NCBI RefSeq assembly: GCF_902713615.1
Contig: NC_052149.1
Coordinates: 180,409,126 to 180,473,125, forward strand
Direction of reading: 5' to 3'
Source: Scyliorhinus canicula
Taxonomy: Eukaryota
Length of the DNA stretch: 64,000 nt
The notes below the pieces were generated by a model, which saw only the letters and a list, made by a program, of their open reading frames with translations, did no database searches and had not been told where the DNA came from. The first letter of the stretch is position 1; each line of letters starts with the position of its first letter. Below, one piece after another: positions 22,906-36,400 of this stretch. The translations under genes were made by a program, and so were the position numbers.

Positions 22906-24025
22906 GGAATTCCATTTAGGTTACACAAGCTAAGTCTGAATTTGTTTGTTTTGGAAATGTTTTTATTTTGTGCACTCAGCATCTAAAAATGTTTCAATTA
23001 CCTTCTACTGAAGTAACCTTTCCCAATCGATTTGCTTTAGTTGCTACCAAAATTCACTGGATGTCAACCTTTGAAATTATATAACTCTCTCCCAGATCAT
23101 GTTAAACTTTATCACTGTGGTTTGCTGTCTCTCTGGAGTCTTATGATCCAGCAAACATTCAGGAAATGAAAATCACTGAGTCCTGTTTTGCAACAAGCAT
23201 AGAATAAAATGGTTTAACATGATCTAGAAGTGAACACAGCCACAAGGTGCAATGCCCATTCTGTTCTGCTGATCAATTAGAAAGTACACCTTGGGCGCAA
23301 GTTACCAGCTGCATCCCACCGGAATCAGGGTGGGACACAGAGTTAAGTGAGTTTAGAAACCCACTTAACTCTGCTGATACTCGATCAAACTACCACCCAG
23401 CACCTGCCAGCCTTGCTAAGGAGACTCCAGCCAGGCGCTGTTTAGCACTGATACAAGCGAAGCGTTCAGAATCACAAGGCATTTTGTTATAGTTGAGTAT
23501 GATAGCACGGGGACCATGAGGATCAGGCAGAACAGCACTGGGGCAGATCTCCCAAGCGATCGGAGGCCCCCGAATGGTCGACTTCTGGGCACAGTGTCAC
23601 CCTGCCATTGCTAGCCTGGCACCCTGGAGTGGCAGTGCTGCCACTGCAGGATGCCAGGTAAGCAGTGCCAAGGTGTCAGGCTGGTATTTTGCCTGCGCCA
23701 GGGATCGGGCCTGGGAGTGCCTTGCCTGTGTGCGGTGGGTAGTTGGGATCCTGAGGACCCCCTTATAGGTGAGTTGGGGCATTGGGGGGTCCGGGGGTCA
23801 TGTCGTTGGGGCGAGAGATCGGGGAAATGAACACTTTCTGCAGAAAGGAGACCAAAACCCCAAAACCCCTCACATGCCCCTGGTGACATCTTGAGTGGCA
23901 TTTTTGTTGATGTCACCTCATACCTTTGAGGGGCACGCAGGCAATTCTCTAATGGAGCCTTCACAAATATCTTCCATCTATGCGTGCATCCACAACAATG
24001 ACACACACCCTTGAAACTTATTCAG

Positions 24026-24260
24026 TCATTCGCGATACTGACTCAAAGTTCTATGTCGGATGCCAAAGCCACTTAGCTTGACTGTAACCTCCATCCAGGC
24101 TGCTTTGGTCAGACTGGGGTGTCTCCTTTTTCCATCAGCAGATACAAAGACCTCCTTCCTGTCACTTAATTTCTGGAAAAAGGCTTGTAATAAGTCATCA
24201 TAAAGCTTTGGGCCCAATCTGTACTTTTTTCTCTCCCCATCGCCTGGCTCTTTTCCCTCC
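24026..24260 (-). pseudogene. Additional Myb/SANT (MSANTD-like) fragment from another Harbinger
   Basis: RLGPKLYDDLLQAFFQKLSDRKEVFVSADGKRRHPSLTKAAWMEVTVKLSGFGIRHRTLSQYRE. Confidence 0.6.
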
Positions 24261-26588
24261 ACCATCTGTAGAGAGTTAGCATCCTGATGCTCCTTGGGCA
24301 TGATTTAGTGAAAAACCTTTGTGATGCTCTGCCTGGCGAGGCTGTCACCACTATTGAACATTAATTTGTTCACTTAACAAGGCCCCACAGGATTCAGGCC
24401 GCAAATCGTGCTTCGCCGACTGATTTGCCTGGGCTTGCACTCACCAGCCCCACGCTAACAAGTGACAGCAGCACTTAAACCGTAGCTGCTCAGCCGACCC
24501 CACTCCACTCGCAACCATGGTACTGAGGAGACCAGCACCATGTTTCGGAGAAGGCGACCTGGGCAGATTGCTGAATACAGTGAAGGTCAGGAGGGAACCG
24601 GGCCCACCCCCACCATCCAAGAAAACACTTCAGAGGAGAGCTCAGAGGACACCATCACATCTGTGTTACAGCTGGCACTCCACCCTCCACCATCACAGAG
24701 ACACACACTACTTTGGAGAATGTTGTGGTCAGGCTTCTGGGCACATTCTGATAGGCACCACACAGTTGCAGATACAGATCAGGTGGAGGCAAGAATGCCC
24801 TATGGAAGCGACAGTCAGAGGTCTGCTGGCTCCCAGGTCCCAGCTGGGTCCTGGTCAGACTCTGAGCCTCTGGGCCAGGATAACACAGATCTGATGCAGG
24901 CGATAGGGTATGTCCCTGAGATCCAGAGGGGGATGTCAGCGACACTCCAGCAGGTCCACAGCCAATAGACCCAGAGGCTAAGGGCGAAGGAGATGTCAGT
25001 GGCCACCAGCCCTGCCGAGAACCCCCCCCCCCCCCCCCCCCCCCCGCCCCGACAATGGAACGTCCAGCAGTCAGCACCTGGAATGAGGCGGCATGGCAGG
25101 GCATGTGCCACCGACGTGCATCAGGCCCTGAGGCATCACAGGCCCCAGAAGAAGCATGCCAGGGGCATCAAAGGCCACGGGGCAGGGTAGGTAGCAGGCT
25201 ACCTCCACTTCTGATGTGGTTCCTGGGGACAAACGTAGTGGTAGAGCATGGAGGGCGAAGCATGTGGAGGATCACGGAGGGTGCACAGAGGGTGGGTAAA
25301 AGGGGTAATCAGGTGATAAGTGGGGTGCTGGAGGGTGACGGAGAGGGGTGGGATAAGTGGGCTGGTACCATCAGGAAAGTGGTACAATTGGGGACATATT
25401 TGTACACCATTAAAGTCCGTTGACCTCAATCAGTATGATGCCTCTGTCACATTGTTCTGGAGGACCCAGGCTTGTCCACCTCCCCCCTCACCCCCCTCCA
25501 CTCCACCGCCCCACCTACCCCACCCAGAACACCGTGTGCAGATAATGGGTGTGAGCGAGTACTCAGCAGACAGGCAGGGGTCAGACTATAGCATTGAATG
25601 AGGAGCTCCAGAAGCGTCCAATTCACCGCTCAATGACAACTCAAGTGACCTCATGGGCCTCGTTATATCGGATCTCCGCATCGGTATCCAGCCTCTGTAA
25701 TGGCAACATTTGACAGGTCCTCAGCGGGTACCCCTTGTCCCCAAGAGCCAACAGGTCATCCAGGGTGGTCCTCAAAGATGCTAGGGATATCCGACTGCCC
25801 CAGGATGTAGCTGTCATTCGGATTCCCTGGGAAGCGTGCACGAACGTGCATGATCTTCATGTGGTGGTCGCACATGAATTGGATGTTCAGGGAATGGAAC
25901 CCCTTCCTGTTAATGTCAGACACTCTCCGATGCCTGGTTAGCGCAAGGCTACATGCATGCCATCTATTACCCCCTGGACCTGGGCATCCCGGCGATGGCA
26001 GAGAATCCTGCTGCCCGGCATCTTTTTGGGTTTGGTCCAGTGAAAGTTTATATAGTTCTCTGCCCAGGCAAACAGGGCATCTGTAAATTCACAGATTCAC
26101 TTGTGGGCTGCAGCTTGAGAGGTGCTGCAGAGGACCCTGCTCAAACCCTGGAATGCTCCCGAGGTGGAGAATATAAGGGCTGCGGTGACTTGACAGTCAG
26201 AGGGAGCGGGTGTACTCCTCCTCCACGTGGTGTCAAATCTTCTTGTTGAAGTGGAGTCTGTTTTAAACGTCTGACGGGACTTGACCCAGAAGTGATTTTG
26301 TAACTCCAAGAGAACCCACAAAACGTTTGAATTAGAAACACAATTGGAAAAGTGAAAGAAACCACAAGCATAAGACCAGTATCGATCAAACCTCCAAGAT
26401 TCAGAAGTGTGCAGTAATTTGCATGCGTACTAACAGGGATATCAGGTAAACTCGTTAGATTTTGTTGGCGTGAAACTTTCGGGAGTTGTGTGAACCGGAA
26501 AATAGCTTACGCCGTACCCGTTGTTTGCATCACCGCTTTATTCCCCCCGTTCCAAATTCACGGTAGAGATACAGAGATTACGGTACAA

Positions 26589-28287
26589 ATGGCAATGAAG
26601 GCAATGGAACGCCTTATGTACCCAGAGGATCTCGAGGTCGTAGCGACCAATAGAGCAGAGCAGTGTCCCATATGGGAAGAGAAAATTAGGAAGTACCTAA
26701 AGGGGAAAGGATGGCCCCTATTGTCTGAGTTTTGTGCAAATGAAGATACAGGTCCTGGTAGTATAGGATAAACTTGGTGGGATAACCTGACCGAGATTCA
26801 TAAAAAGAGTTTAGGTAGAGTTTGTAAGCCGATGGCAATCATGTCCTGTTTGGCACAATTGCGAGGCACAGAGGAGGTCGTGAGAACGCTCCACACACAG
26901 CTTGAAGAAAAAGAGAAGAGAAATGAGGGAAATGTTAGTGAGTGTGAAAAAGTAAATGAAGAGAGCAGCTAGCGGCGAAGGATAAGGAGATGGCTGATGT
27001 CAAACGGGCACACCAATCTTGTCTCGCTCATCTAGCTTTCAGTTACAGTATGATAAGGCCTACCAAGACCTGCAACGCACGGTCTCAGTAAGAGACATAA
27101 CAGAACACCAAGCACAACAATTGAAAAAGCAATGTGAGGACTTAAATGCAACCCGACGAGCACTCCACCGTTCCACCACAAAACAAAGGCAGGGTTCGGT
27201 AGACCATGCTAAATGCAGGCAGCAAATTGCAAGATTGCAATCACTGCTCTCAGTTCAGAATGGTTTCAGAGACACCTTTAGACCAAATTTAGATCAGGAA
27301 GATGGCCCCGATTGGCAGGAACTTAATGAAACGGCCCATCGATACATAAACGGAACAGAGATTCAGAATAGAGCCCCCAGGCCCTGAAAATGAAAGCACC
27401 CGCACCACCGACTACACAGGCAGCACCCAATCCTGTGATCCAGTCACCACTCAGCGCAGAGTACCGACAGAAGACCAACCTGATTTTGTGTACACCACCC
27501 CACTAACCATCACCCAGTTAAGGGATGCCCGTGATAAAATAGAAACCTTTCACCCCACATCAGACCCACACCATTTCTTTGAGCGAGTTAGACAACAGAC
27601 AGTCATGTATGATCTGGATGAACAGGAGCAAGTGAAACTCATGGTAATGAGCCTTGACCCATCCGTTAGTCCAGCCCTTCCCGGCCCACAAAATGTAGGA
27701 GGAAGTAGCCTTCAGGATATGAAAACAGCCATCCTAGATGCAATTGGCTATAATAGAGGACTCAACCGATGTAGACAGAAGAAAGGAGAGCATCCGACAG
27801 CATTTGCTGGATTAGGGTTCACTTCACAGTAGTCTTTGGAGATTTAGCCCGCGGCCATTTAACTGCAGACAATACGACCAAATGGACCCGTATTTTAGTC
27901 TCCCATGCCACAGAGGCAGGACAAAAAGCATGTGCAAATTATGACCCTTCAGACCCTGCACACAATGAAGTGTGGGTTCTGAAGAGATTCTCTAGATCTT
28001 GGGAACAATCCCTACATAAAAAAGCAGAGCAGGAGAAGGTAGAAGCAAACATGAATCCAGTAAGGACACATCAAGACCCCGCATGGGTGAATGAAGGTCG
28101 AAATAACACGCAGCACCCTAAAACGCAGGAATGCTACAATTGTGGACAGAAGGGACATTACGCCCGAGAATGCCAAGCCAAACAACAACGGAATCAGCAT
28201 GCAAATGCCCCACCTAGGAACAATGCCAGGCCTATCTTCAGTGTTAACGTCCGTTCAGATAATTTGGCCATAAATGGCACAAATTGA
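26589..28287 (+). pseudogene. gag: gag remnant with CCHC zinc knuckle
   Basis: Broken ORFs from MAMKAMERLM, a coiled-coil segment, a capsid-like region (RCRQKKGEHPTAFA) and CYNCGQKGHYAREC. Ends TGA at 28285-28287. Confidence 0.8.
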
Positions 28288-30650
28288 CGGTGCTCGGACT
28301 CCCCAACAAGACCGGTAGTCACTGGCACAGTCCAGGGACACCCCGTTGAGTTCCTTTGGGACTCAGTACTTCTCGTACATAACAGGATTCAATCCCGTAA
28401 CCATTTTGATCAAATACACCCCAACACAGCTACTGTTAGACGGTAGGCTAATAGACGGTACGGTAAGCCAAATTAGAGTAGCACGCTGGACCCTGCTCCT
28501 ACAAGGACATGACATCACAGTAAAGAGGGCAAAGGCGCACACGTTTCTGGCGATAATTTACAATATGCAGGAACCCCACATGAGTGTGAAATCATTGCAG
28601 CCAAGCACAACACAGGAACCTTTATTCCCAAATCGCTACCGACAAAAACAGGCATCAGACCACAGAGAACCCAGCCCACAGATAATTTGCTAAAAATCTA
28701 TGTAGATGACTGCTCCACAATTCTAAATGGAAAAAGGATTACAAGATGTGGCATATATGTAGAAGACGGGCAGGGACGCGCGTTAGAGGAGATATCGTTC
28801 CAATTGCCAGGACATTTAGTTTTGCAGGCAGCCGAGTTAGCAGCCATTGCATACATTGTGCAGCATCCAGATTCATTACCGTCCCCAGCAGACATATATT
28901 CGGACAGTTTATATATTTGCAACAGCTTGACGGAATTCCTGCCCCTGTGGGAATCTAGAGGATTTATATCCCCCGACGGTAAACCCCTAATCTCAGCGCC
29001 GTTATAAAGCACATTCTCAAAGAAGCTAAAGACCGTAAATATGGAATCATAAAGGTTAGAAGCCACCATCGTCCCTCCCCACTCGGTAACGTAAAAGCAA
29101 ATGCCCTAGCAAAAGCAGGCTCATGAAATGGTCACTTTTGGCAACCCCCTGAGAGTGCACGTGGTCCAGGTCTCACAGACCAATAATCAAGATTTGGCAC
29201 AGGCATAAAAGGAAGATGACACACTTAAGGAAATTTTCAAAGGAGATTTCCCAGCTCCTGATGATAGATTCAAAGACACTTTAATGGTACTCAACGAATC
29301 ATATTGAGGAATGGTATTTATGTGGTCCCCATCCAGACAGGAACCAGATTATTTGTCAATTCCATGATGGACACGGACACAAAGGGATAGAATCCACCCT
29401 TGCCTACCTCAGACCTCTCTGCTGGTGGCCTGATTTAAAAACTGATGTAACCCACTACATTGAAAACTGTTTAATTTATGCCCAGAACAACCCAGACAGA
29501 TACGCAAAGAAAGGTCAGCTAAGGCACACCCTCCCTGTTAATGGCCCATGGACAAACTTACAATTAGATTACATTGGTCCCCTCCCACTATGCAGAAATG
29601 AATTTAAATATGTGTTGGTCGTAATTGACACCTTCACAAAATGGGTGGAAGCATTTCCTTCCAGGAAAAATACGGCTAAAGCGACAGCAAAAATTCTTAC
29701 CGAGCAAATATTTACTAGATGGGGGCTCCCCCGTAGCATTGAGTCAGACCAAGGTTTGCACTTCACAGGAAGAGGAATGAAAAATGTCCTAACAATTTTC
29801 GGGCGACCCATGAAGGGTACCGAGTATTTATTTGGACTTGATTTGGCCAGCCCCACAGTCACCGCCCTTACCCACGAAAAATCGGTCCAACACATAATGG
29901 AAAAGATTAAAGCAGTCCAGCTCGCTGCAGCTGTTTGACTAGGCGCTAGAAAAAAGCAGAGTACGGCCTGCTTTGATAAAACAGTACGCCCGGTAGAGTA
30001 TACAGTTGGACAGCAAGTCATGGTCTCACTGTAGAAGCCGAGTTCATTCCTCTCCCCCAAATTTGCAGGACCCTACTCAATTTCTGATAAAGTAAGTCCC
30101 TCAGTTTATAAGATTACGTATCCAAATGGAAAGTCAGGATGGTTTCATATAAACCAGCTTCAGGTTTATGGAACTCAGTACAGCCACTCACACCACATTT
30201 CACTGGCAATAGCAGACAACGAGGACCCGCCCACTGGCAACCGAATCCGACCCTCCCCCAGCCAGGTCAGCATGTCTACAGACACGACTTTGACTCCACC
30301 CCCAAAGACGAGTTTCCGCCTCACACTTGATTTGGCTGCTAGCGGCAGCGATAGCGACAGCAAAAGCACTACGGACATACTTGAAATCCCCAACCAATGG
30401 CAAAACAGACCAGGCCCCAGTCACTACAGCTCCTGTGGCACCAACCACGATTATGTTCGGCCCCTCAGAGACCATTTATTTGCCACTACCAGAACCTGAC
30501 CAACGCCCGACGATAATGACTCCACCCCCTTGCCGCTACCGCCCTACAGGATACGAAACAATGGCACCGCGATAACTCTTATTGACTGATAAGAAACAAC
30601 GAGATGGATCCCACATCGACCCACGCCGCCTTCGCACAGAAACTCCAGTC
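28288..30650 (+). pseudogene. pol: pro-pol remnant: protease start, tether, RNase H, integrase
   Basis: Protease RPVVTGTVQGHPVEFLWDS is fused by deletion to tether-like FSYITGFNPVTIL...RVARWTLLLQ. RNase H: IYVDD, AELAAI, IYSDS. Integrase: HDGHGH, LQLDYIGPLP, DTFTKWVEAFP, SDQGLHF, FAGPY. Confidence 0.88.
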
Positions 30651-31556
30651 ACGACTTTGGCAACTGGGAGATGGTGACGACTCAGGGTCTGACTCCCACC
30701 ATGCTAACACCTTTATGACCATTTTCGGAATGGAACCCTGAGGTGTCCAGATGATGAGAGAAAGGAACCGATTGAGATTTACGGTGTCCTATTCTCGGAT
30801 GGAGCCTGCCCGTTTTTTAGTTTTCTTTTTATGTTGAATGTTTGCCTCTTGTATAACTTTGTGTGTTGATCTCATTCCAAATCTCTTGATGCAGTCATAA
30901 CCACCCTTTTGACACCACATGGTAGTTAAAGGAATAAGTTTGTCAGAAGTCCATATAAATTCAAATTCTTTCCGTTCTTGTAAGGTCACCCAGGCAGTGG
31001 AGTAATGGCACTGATTCCCGCCCTGCCTGAGGACCCCCTATGTATTTGGTCAGCCAAGTTCGGGTCGTGGAGCAACGGCACTGATCATCACCCGTCCCGG
31101 GGATTTCACCCATTCTTGCCATTCGGAAAGTTCTTTTCTAAACTCTTTTACTGTTCTTTTAAAGTGTCGTTTTAAGTATGCACTTTGCCACAGTTTTTGT
31201 TTGCTTTCCGGTGACCCCTCGGTCGCTAACCCCCACCTACTATTTACGTGTTTAAACACTTGGTTGAAACAAATTTGCTGCTCGGAAAAACTACCTCAAC
31301 ACTGGACAGAGAAATTGTCCGCCCACTCAGCGCTTCGAACACAGGCTGCGAGATTGCTCGCACTGTGACAGAATTTCTTTCTCGGATGTCTTGTCTCCCA
31401 AATGGTTGGTTTAAAAACAAAATGAGGGAATCACATATGGTGACAATTCTAAATGGGAACAAACGAGATATTAAACAACAAGATAATGACAGATATTATG
31501 CTTGTACCACCAGGAATATACAAATATACCAGGAGACAGAGGAAGACAAAGACAAA

Positions 31557-31901
31557 ATGAAGATGGACCTGATGACCTTCATCATGATCGTCATTGGTTC
31601 ACAACAGTTGCGCGCATTATCAGCCCCTATATCCTTCAACACATAGGCCCTAAACATGACCACCCAACACAATACCCCAATCCCGGACACTCCACCACAC
31701 ATAGAAACAGCTACTGATACCCCCACATGGTGCAATAATATCATAAAGTGGTATTCGCTTTCTTACACGTTGGAAGCCCTATTGACAATAGCATTCGGCA
31801 ATGGCGAAGGAGAGCCTCCCGCTTCCCAGTATACACGCTCAGAGCCCCTTTTCTTGGACTTCAACAAATCCCACACTCTTTCTGAACCCTTTTCTGCCTA
31901 A
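31557..31901 (+). pseudogene. Small candidate membrane or accessory ORF in the env position (one internal stop)
   Basis: MKMDLMTFIMIVIGSQQLRALSAPISFNT*ALNMTTQHNTPIPDTPPHIETATDTPTWCNNIIKWYSLSYTLEALLTIAF. The two listed ORFs (31248-31646 and 31656-31901) share one frame. Confidence 0.4.
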
Positions 31902-32286
31902 TAAATTCCGCGGCTTTCAAGACAAATTACTTTCTCTGCAAATGGCATAAGTGTTAAGTAGAAATGTGATGCTGCTATTGTTTTGTACTGTAATATAAGT
32001 TTTTTGGTTATTGGCTAGCAGCATGAGTATAGTTTAGGTAAGGACAGTTAGAGGTTCCCCTGTTTGTGGAAAGAAGTTGAAATGTATGATTGAATGTGAT
32101 AGTGCCCCGTTAGAAATTTTATAGATGTGTGATGTATTAAAAGAAAACTTTGACAAATGTTCCAATCTGTAGGACAGAGTAGTATAGAAGCTGTCCTTGA
32201 TTAAGAGTACCCAGCATATCAGAGAACAGGAGAAGATTCAGGGGTATGATCTATCATGCTTCGCATTTAGGTTCAAGAGGACGTAC

Positions 32287-33157
32287 TATAGCCATTTGGG
32301 ATGGCCACTTACAACAAGAAACATGGACATTTGCAAAGCCCAAAGGGAAATATGGAAAATGTAAGATTCAAGCAGACACAGAGCCTGCATGTATATTCGT
32401 GAACAGAGAATCCAGACAGCATCGAAACCCCCAACCGATTAGCATTTAATGGCCCATCTTGGTAAGACAAAGGATTGATACTCAGGTAATCGATACAAGC
32501 CAAGACAATTTGCGCCACTCCCTTTACTCAGGAAGCATAAACAGCAAGGCCAATGACCGCTTAGGACACGCCCAGCCATCAAGGCACCCGCCCCTTTATT
32601 GGCTCAGATTGAAGGCAGTGATCGAGAACTGCCCAATTAATTGGGTCCAAACCAATGGACCACCCAAAAGAGAGCAAAAGCCCCAAGGATAAAGAGAGAC
32701 ACTGCCACGTGTTCGATCTCTTTTGGACCTGGCGCTCCGGCAATGTCTATCTCCAACTGCAGCACCACAACCAGAAGCAAGTCCAAGTTCAAAGCTCACT
32801 ACCAAATGGATGATCCTAGCTGAACCGCAGTTACTTCTCCAGACCCAGCTGATCAAGATTCGAACAAAGGCCACTGTTCCTCTGACCTAAGCCTGAAGTT
32901 AAGTACAGGTTGTCATAGTTGTTAGGTGTAGTTAGCTCATAGTGTTTATGTTGCATGTGTAAGTTCATCTTGTGTGCAAATAAAGTACCATTGATCTTGA
33001 ACTGACTGGTTGTTTGGCTCTTTGATCGATATCCAGTTGAACCTTGTGGCGGTATCATTTGATACCTGGCGACTCTGAGAGCATATCATATCACTATCTA
33101 GATTAAAGAAGGGCAACCTTGTTGACTGCCATATTTATAGCAAGTAAATATAGTAAA
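32287..33157 (+). repeat. 3' LTR of the retrovirus-like element
   Basis: Starts tatagccatttgggatggccac (compare tgtagccatc at the end of the 6982-7906 LTR), follows a degenerate purine tract, has AATAAA near 32978. Confidence 0.8.
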
Positions 33158-33459
33158 TGTGTATGGGGAGGGGCCCTGCACAAAAGCTGCCGCCTTGAGT
33201 TTCTGGCAGTGCTGCTACCACCACCTTCTCTGCCGTCTAGCCCGCCAGCAGCGTCACAAGTGCACTTTCGGCGGGGTTCAAGATATCGTCCATCCCATGT
33301 AATATCTGTATGGAATTGGGAGAGGGTGAGGGACTGACAACCAGCAGTGTCTTTCACTCTGGGACACTTCAATCCCCCATCGCCCCTCACACCCAGCCCA
33401 CGTATCCCCAGCCGCAGCAGAGACCCCTGTTCGCCGACCCTGTACCCTAGACACCCACA

Positions 33460-36400
33460 CATAACATGACTGAATCAGGCATAGATGACTCGAGGGAAAA
33501 CCATAGTACCATAGTGCCTGAGGCTACTCTGAGAAAGGAGCGGGAGGCTGGTCGGCAGATTAGAAAGGTTATAGGATGAATCAATGATTCGATGGATAGA
33601 CAGTGTAGTTTGTAGTCGGGATTATAAGTCCTGTATGGTTTGTTGCTTCCCGAGTGCAAGGGTTCGGAACATAAAGGATCGGCTGGACAAACTTCTGGAT
33701 AGGGAGAGTGAACAACCAGAGGTTGTCCTTCCTTTGTGAACCAACAACATGGAGAGGGCCGGTTTTGAGGTTTTGCAGGACCAGTTTCAGGAGTTAGGGA
33801 GGAGATTTAAACGTAGTACCTTCAGGGTAGTAATCTCAGGAAAACTACCTGTGCCACGAGCTTCATCATTTAGGCAAAGGCAGATCAGAAACGTAAATGC
33901 GTGGCTTCAGGGATGGTGTTGAAGGGAGGGGTTTAGGTGTTTGGGTCATTGGGTTCAGTTTTGGGAAAGTAAAAAGCTGGTTAGATGCGATGGGCTTTAT
34001 CTGAGCTGAAATGGAATCAATCTCTTGGCGGTGCGAGTAAATAGTGTAGTGGGGTGGTTTTAAACTTGTAAGCCGGGGGGTAGCTTGACCAATGGGCCTA
34101 GATTTAGAAGTACCAGGTTTAGAAGTAACAGTGAGGGCAAAAGGGAGAAGATGGGGAATAGGGAAAAGGAAGCGAGAAAGGCTTGAGAGTTGATAGTGAA
34201 CAAAGAAATGGTCGCCTCCCAAAGGGTAAGAAAGAGATAAGGGCCAGATTAAATTTTATGTATTTAAATGCACGGAGTAGTGAAAATAAACTGGGGAACT
34301 GGAAGCAGAAATTGCTCTCGGGGCATATGGCAGTGTAGCATTGACAGAAACGTGGCTCAAGCCAGAACAGGACAGGATACATAACATCCCGGATTATAAG
34401 ATTTTTAGTAGGAACAGAATGGGTAAAAAGAGAGAAGGTCCATCAGTCTTGGTCAAATATAATATCATAGCTCTTACGAGATGCAGTTCCTGAATTAGAA
34501 TCTACAAGGTTGGAGGTGACAAACAGGAAGGGAACGGTTACCTTGTTTGGTGTTTACTGTAGACTTTCAAATACTGGGGAGGAAGTGGGAGAGAGCATTT
34601 GAAGGCAGACTATGAAACCCTGCAGGGCAAGTAGGGTTGTGATAGTTGGGGATTTCAATTACCCCAAGGTAGACTGGGAAATGAGTAGACTGTGGAACAT
34701 GGAAGGGGAGAAATTCATGCAATGTGTGCATGAGAATGTTTGGAACAGTACATTTCCAGTCCTACCAGGGACCAAGCTGTGCTGGATCTGGTCTGAGGGA
34801 ATGAGGCAGCGCAGATGTAGAGAACATCAGAATAGGGGAGCCGTTGGGAAGTAGCGATCATAATATAATACAATTCAATATTAAGTTGGAAAGGATAAAA
34901 ATCAGTCTTGAATTAAGATTCCAGGCTGGAAAAGGGCAAATTTTAGGCATCTAAATTTGAACAGCAGCAGGTTGATTGGAAACATATTTCGCTGGATAAA
35001 ACAGTGGATGAAAAATAGGAGATTTTAAAGGAGAGATGAATAGGCTGCAAGCTAGGTACATACCCATGATAAATAAATACAGGGTGTCCAAGCTCGAGTA
35101 CCCTGGATGCCTAAGGATATTGATGATAAAATAAGAAAGAAAAAAGAGGCATATGATGCATGCCGGAATAATAATAGCAATAGAAATCAGGAAGAGTATC
35201 TCAAATGCAGCAGAGAGGCTAAGGCTAGAATAAGGAAGGCTAAGAGGAAGCATGTGGAAAGGATTGCGGACTGTGCTGAAACAAATAATAAAATGTTCTT
35301 CAAACATATTAATGGTAAAAGATTAGTGAAGGATAGAGTGGGGCCCGTAAGGAACCAGCAGAGTAAACTGCTCCCTGAAGCGGAGGACATGGCAGTGGTA
35401 CTAAGTAAGTAATTGTCTTTACCAAATTAGAAGATGGTGACAATGGCCCAGTTGAAAATGTGGGTGTTGAGCAACTGAACAGTATAGTGATAGATAAAGA
35501 AAAGGTGCTAAAAAGGCTGGCAGCACTCCAGGTAGCGAAGTCGGCAGGCCTGGATGGGATGCATCCTAAATTGCTGAGAGAGGTAAGGAAGCATATTGTG
35601 GAGCAGTTGACAGAAATTTTCCAGGCCTGTGAACACAGGATTAGTCCCAGGGGACAGGAGGATTGCAAATGTGATGCTGTTATTTAAGAAAGGGGCAAAG
35701 GATGATCCAGGAAACTCCATTGCCCAACACCAATATCGTAATTGGCGATTGGACGGAGAATCCCTGTTTATCACCGAATTGAGGGCGGCGGCTGTTTTTG
35801 GATGCTCCGCCCGCTCTAAAATGGCATCATCGAGGAGTACGCCGCATGCTGTTGGGACGGCCTCAGGACATTACCTGAAGGCCCGCCCCCGATGGGCCGA
35901 GTTCCCGATTGTGTGGGGGGCATGTACTCTCAGTTTTCGGGAACCCGGCATTGCGGCTGCGGACTGTGCCCAGCACTGCCACAATCCGGGGGGAGGGGGG
36001 GGGGAGCCATGCTGCTGGCTGGGGGGAGCGGCTTTGGCTTGGACTGGGGGGAATGGTAGGGGGGTGGCACAGGGGTGTCCAGGGGGGCACTATCTGGCAG
36101 GTCGGGTCTGCACGTGGCTGGTGCCATGTTGTACGTCGTGACCGCTGCAGGTCGCCGCAGTGCGCATGCGCAGCCAAGGACCCTGCAATTGTCGATGTAT
36201 TCATATCGGGAAGGCCATGCGTTTTATGTGGTGAGGCTGCTAGCCCCTCACCGGCGGAGCATTGTCATAAAATCAGACACATCCTCCAGACATAGCCTCA
36301 AAATCGGAGAATCCAGCCCCATACCTATCAGCTTGACATCAATAGTGGGAAATCTAATCGGGGCTATAATACGGGATGAGATAAATATACATTTAGAGAA

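Larger units (their letters stand above)
26272..33157 (+). mobile_element. Defective endogenous retrovirus-like LTR element (5' LTR and RT deleted, no env)
   Basis: Order gag, pro, tether, RNase H, integrase, long 3' region, 3' LTR. Confidence 0.88.
23293..33450. mobile_element. Second fossil Harbinger, opposite orientation, interrupted by a retrovirus-like element
   Basis: Left end gggcgcaagttacc. Myb/SANT remnant on + from 24517 (MVLRRPAPCFGEGDLGRLL). Transposase on - at 25590-26270 (LGDKGYPLRT...AEIRYNEAH) with its N-terminal part at 33160-33430. Right TIR not found. Confidence 0.75.
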
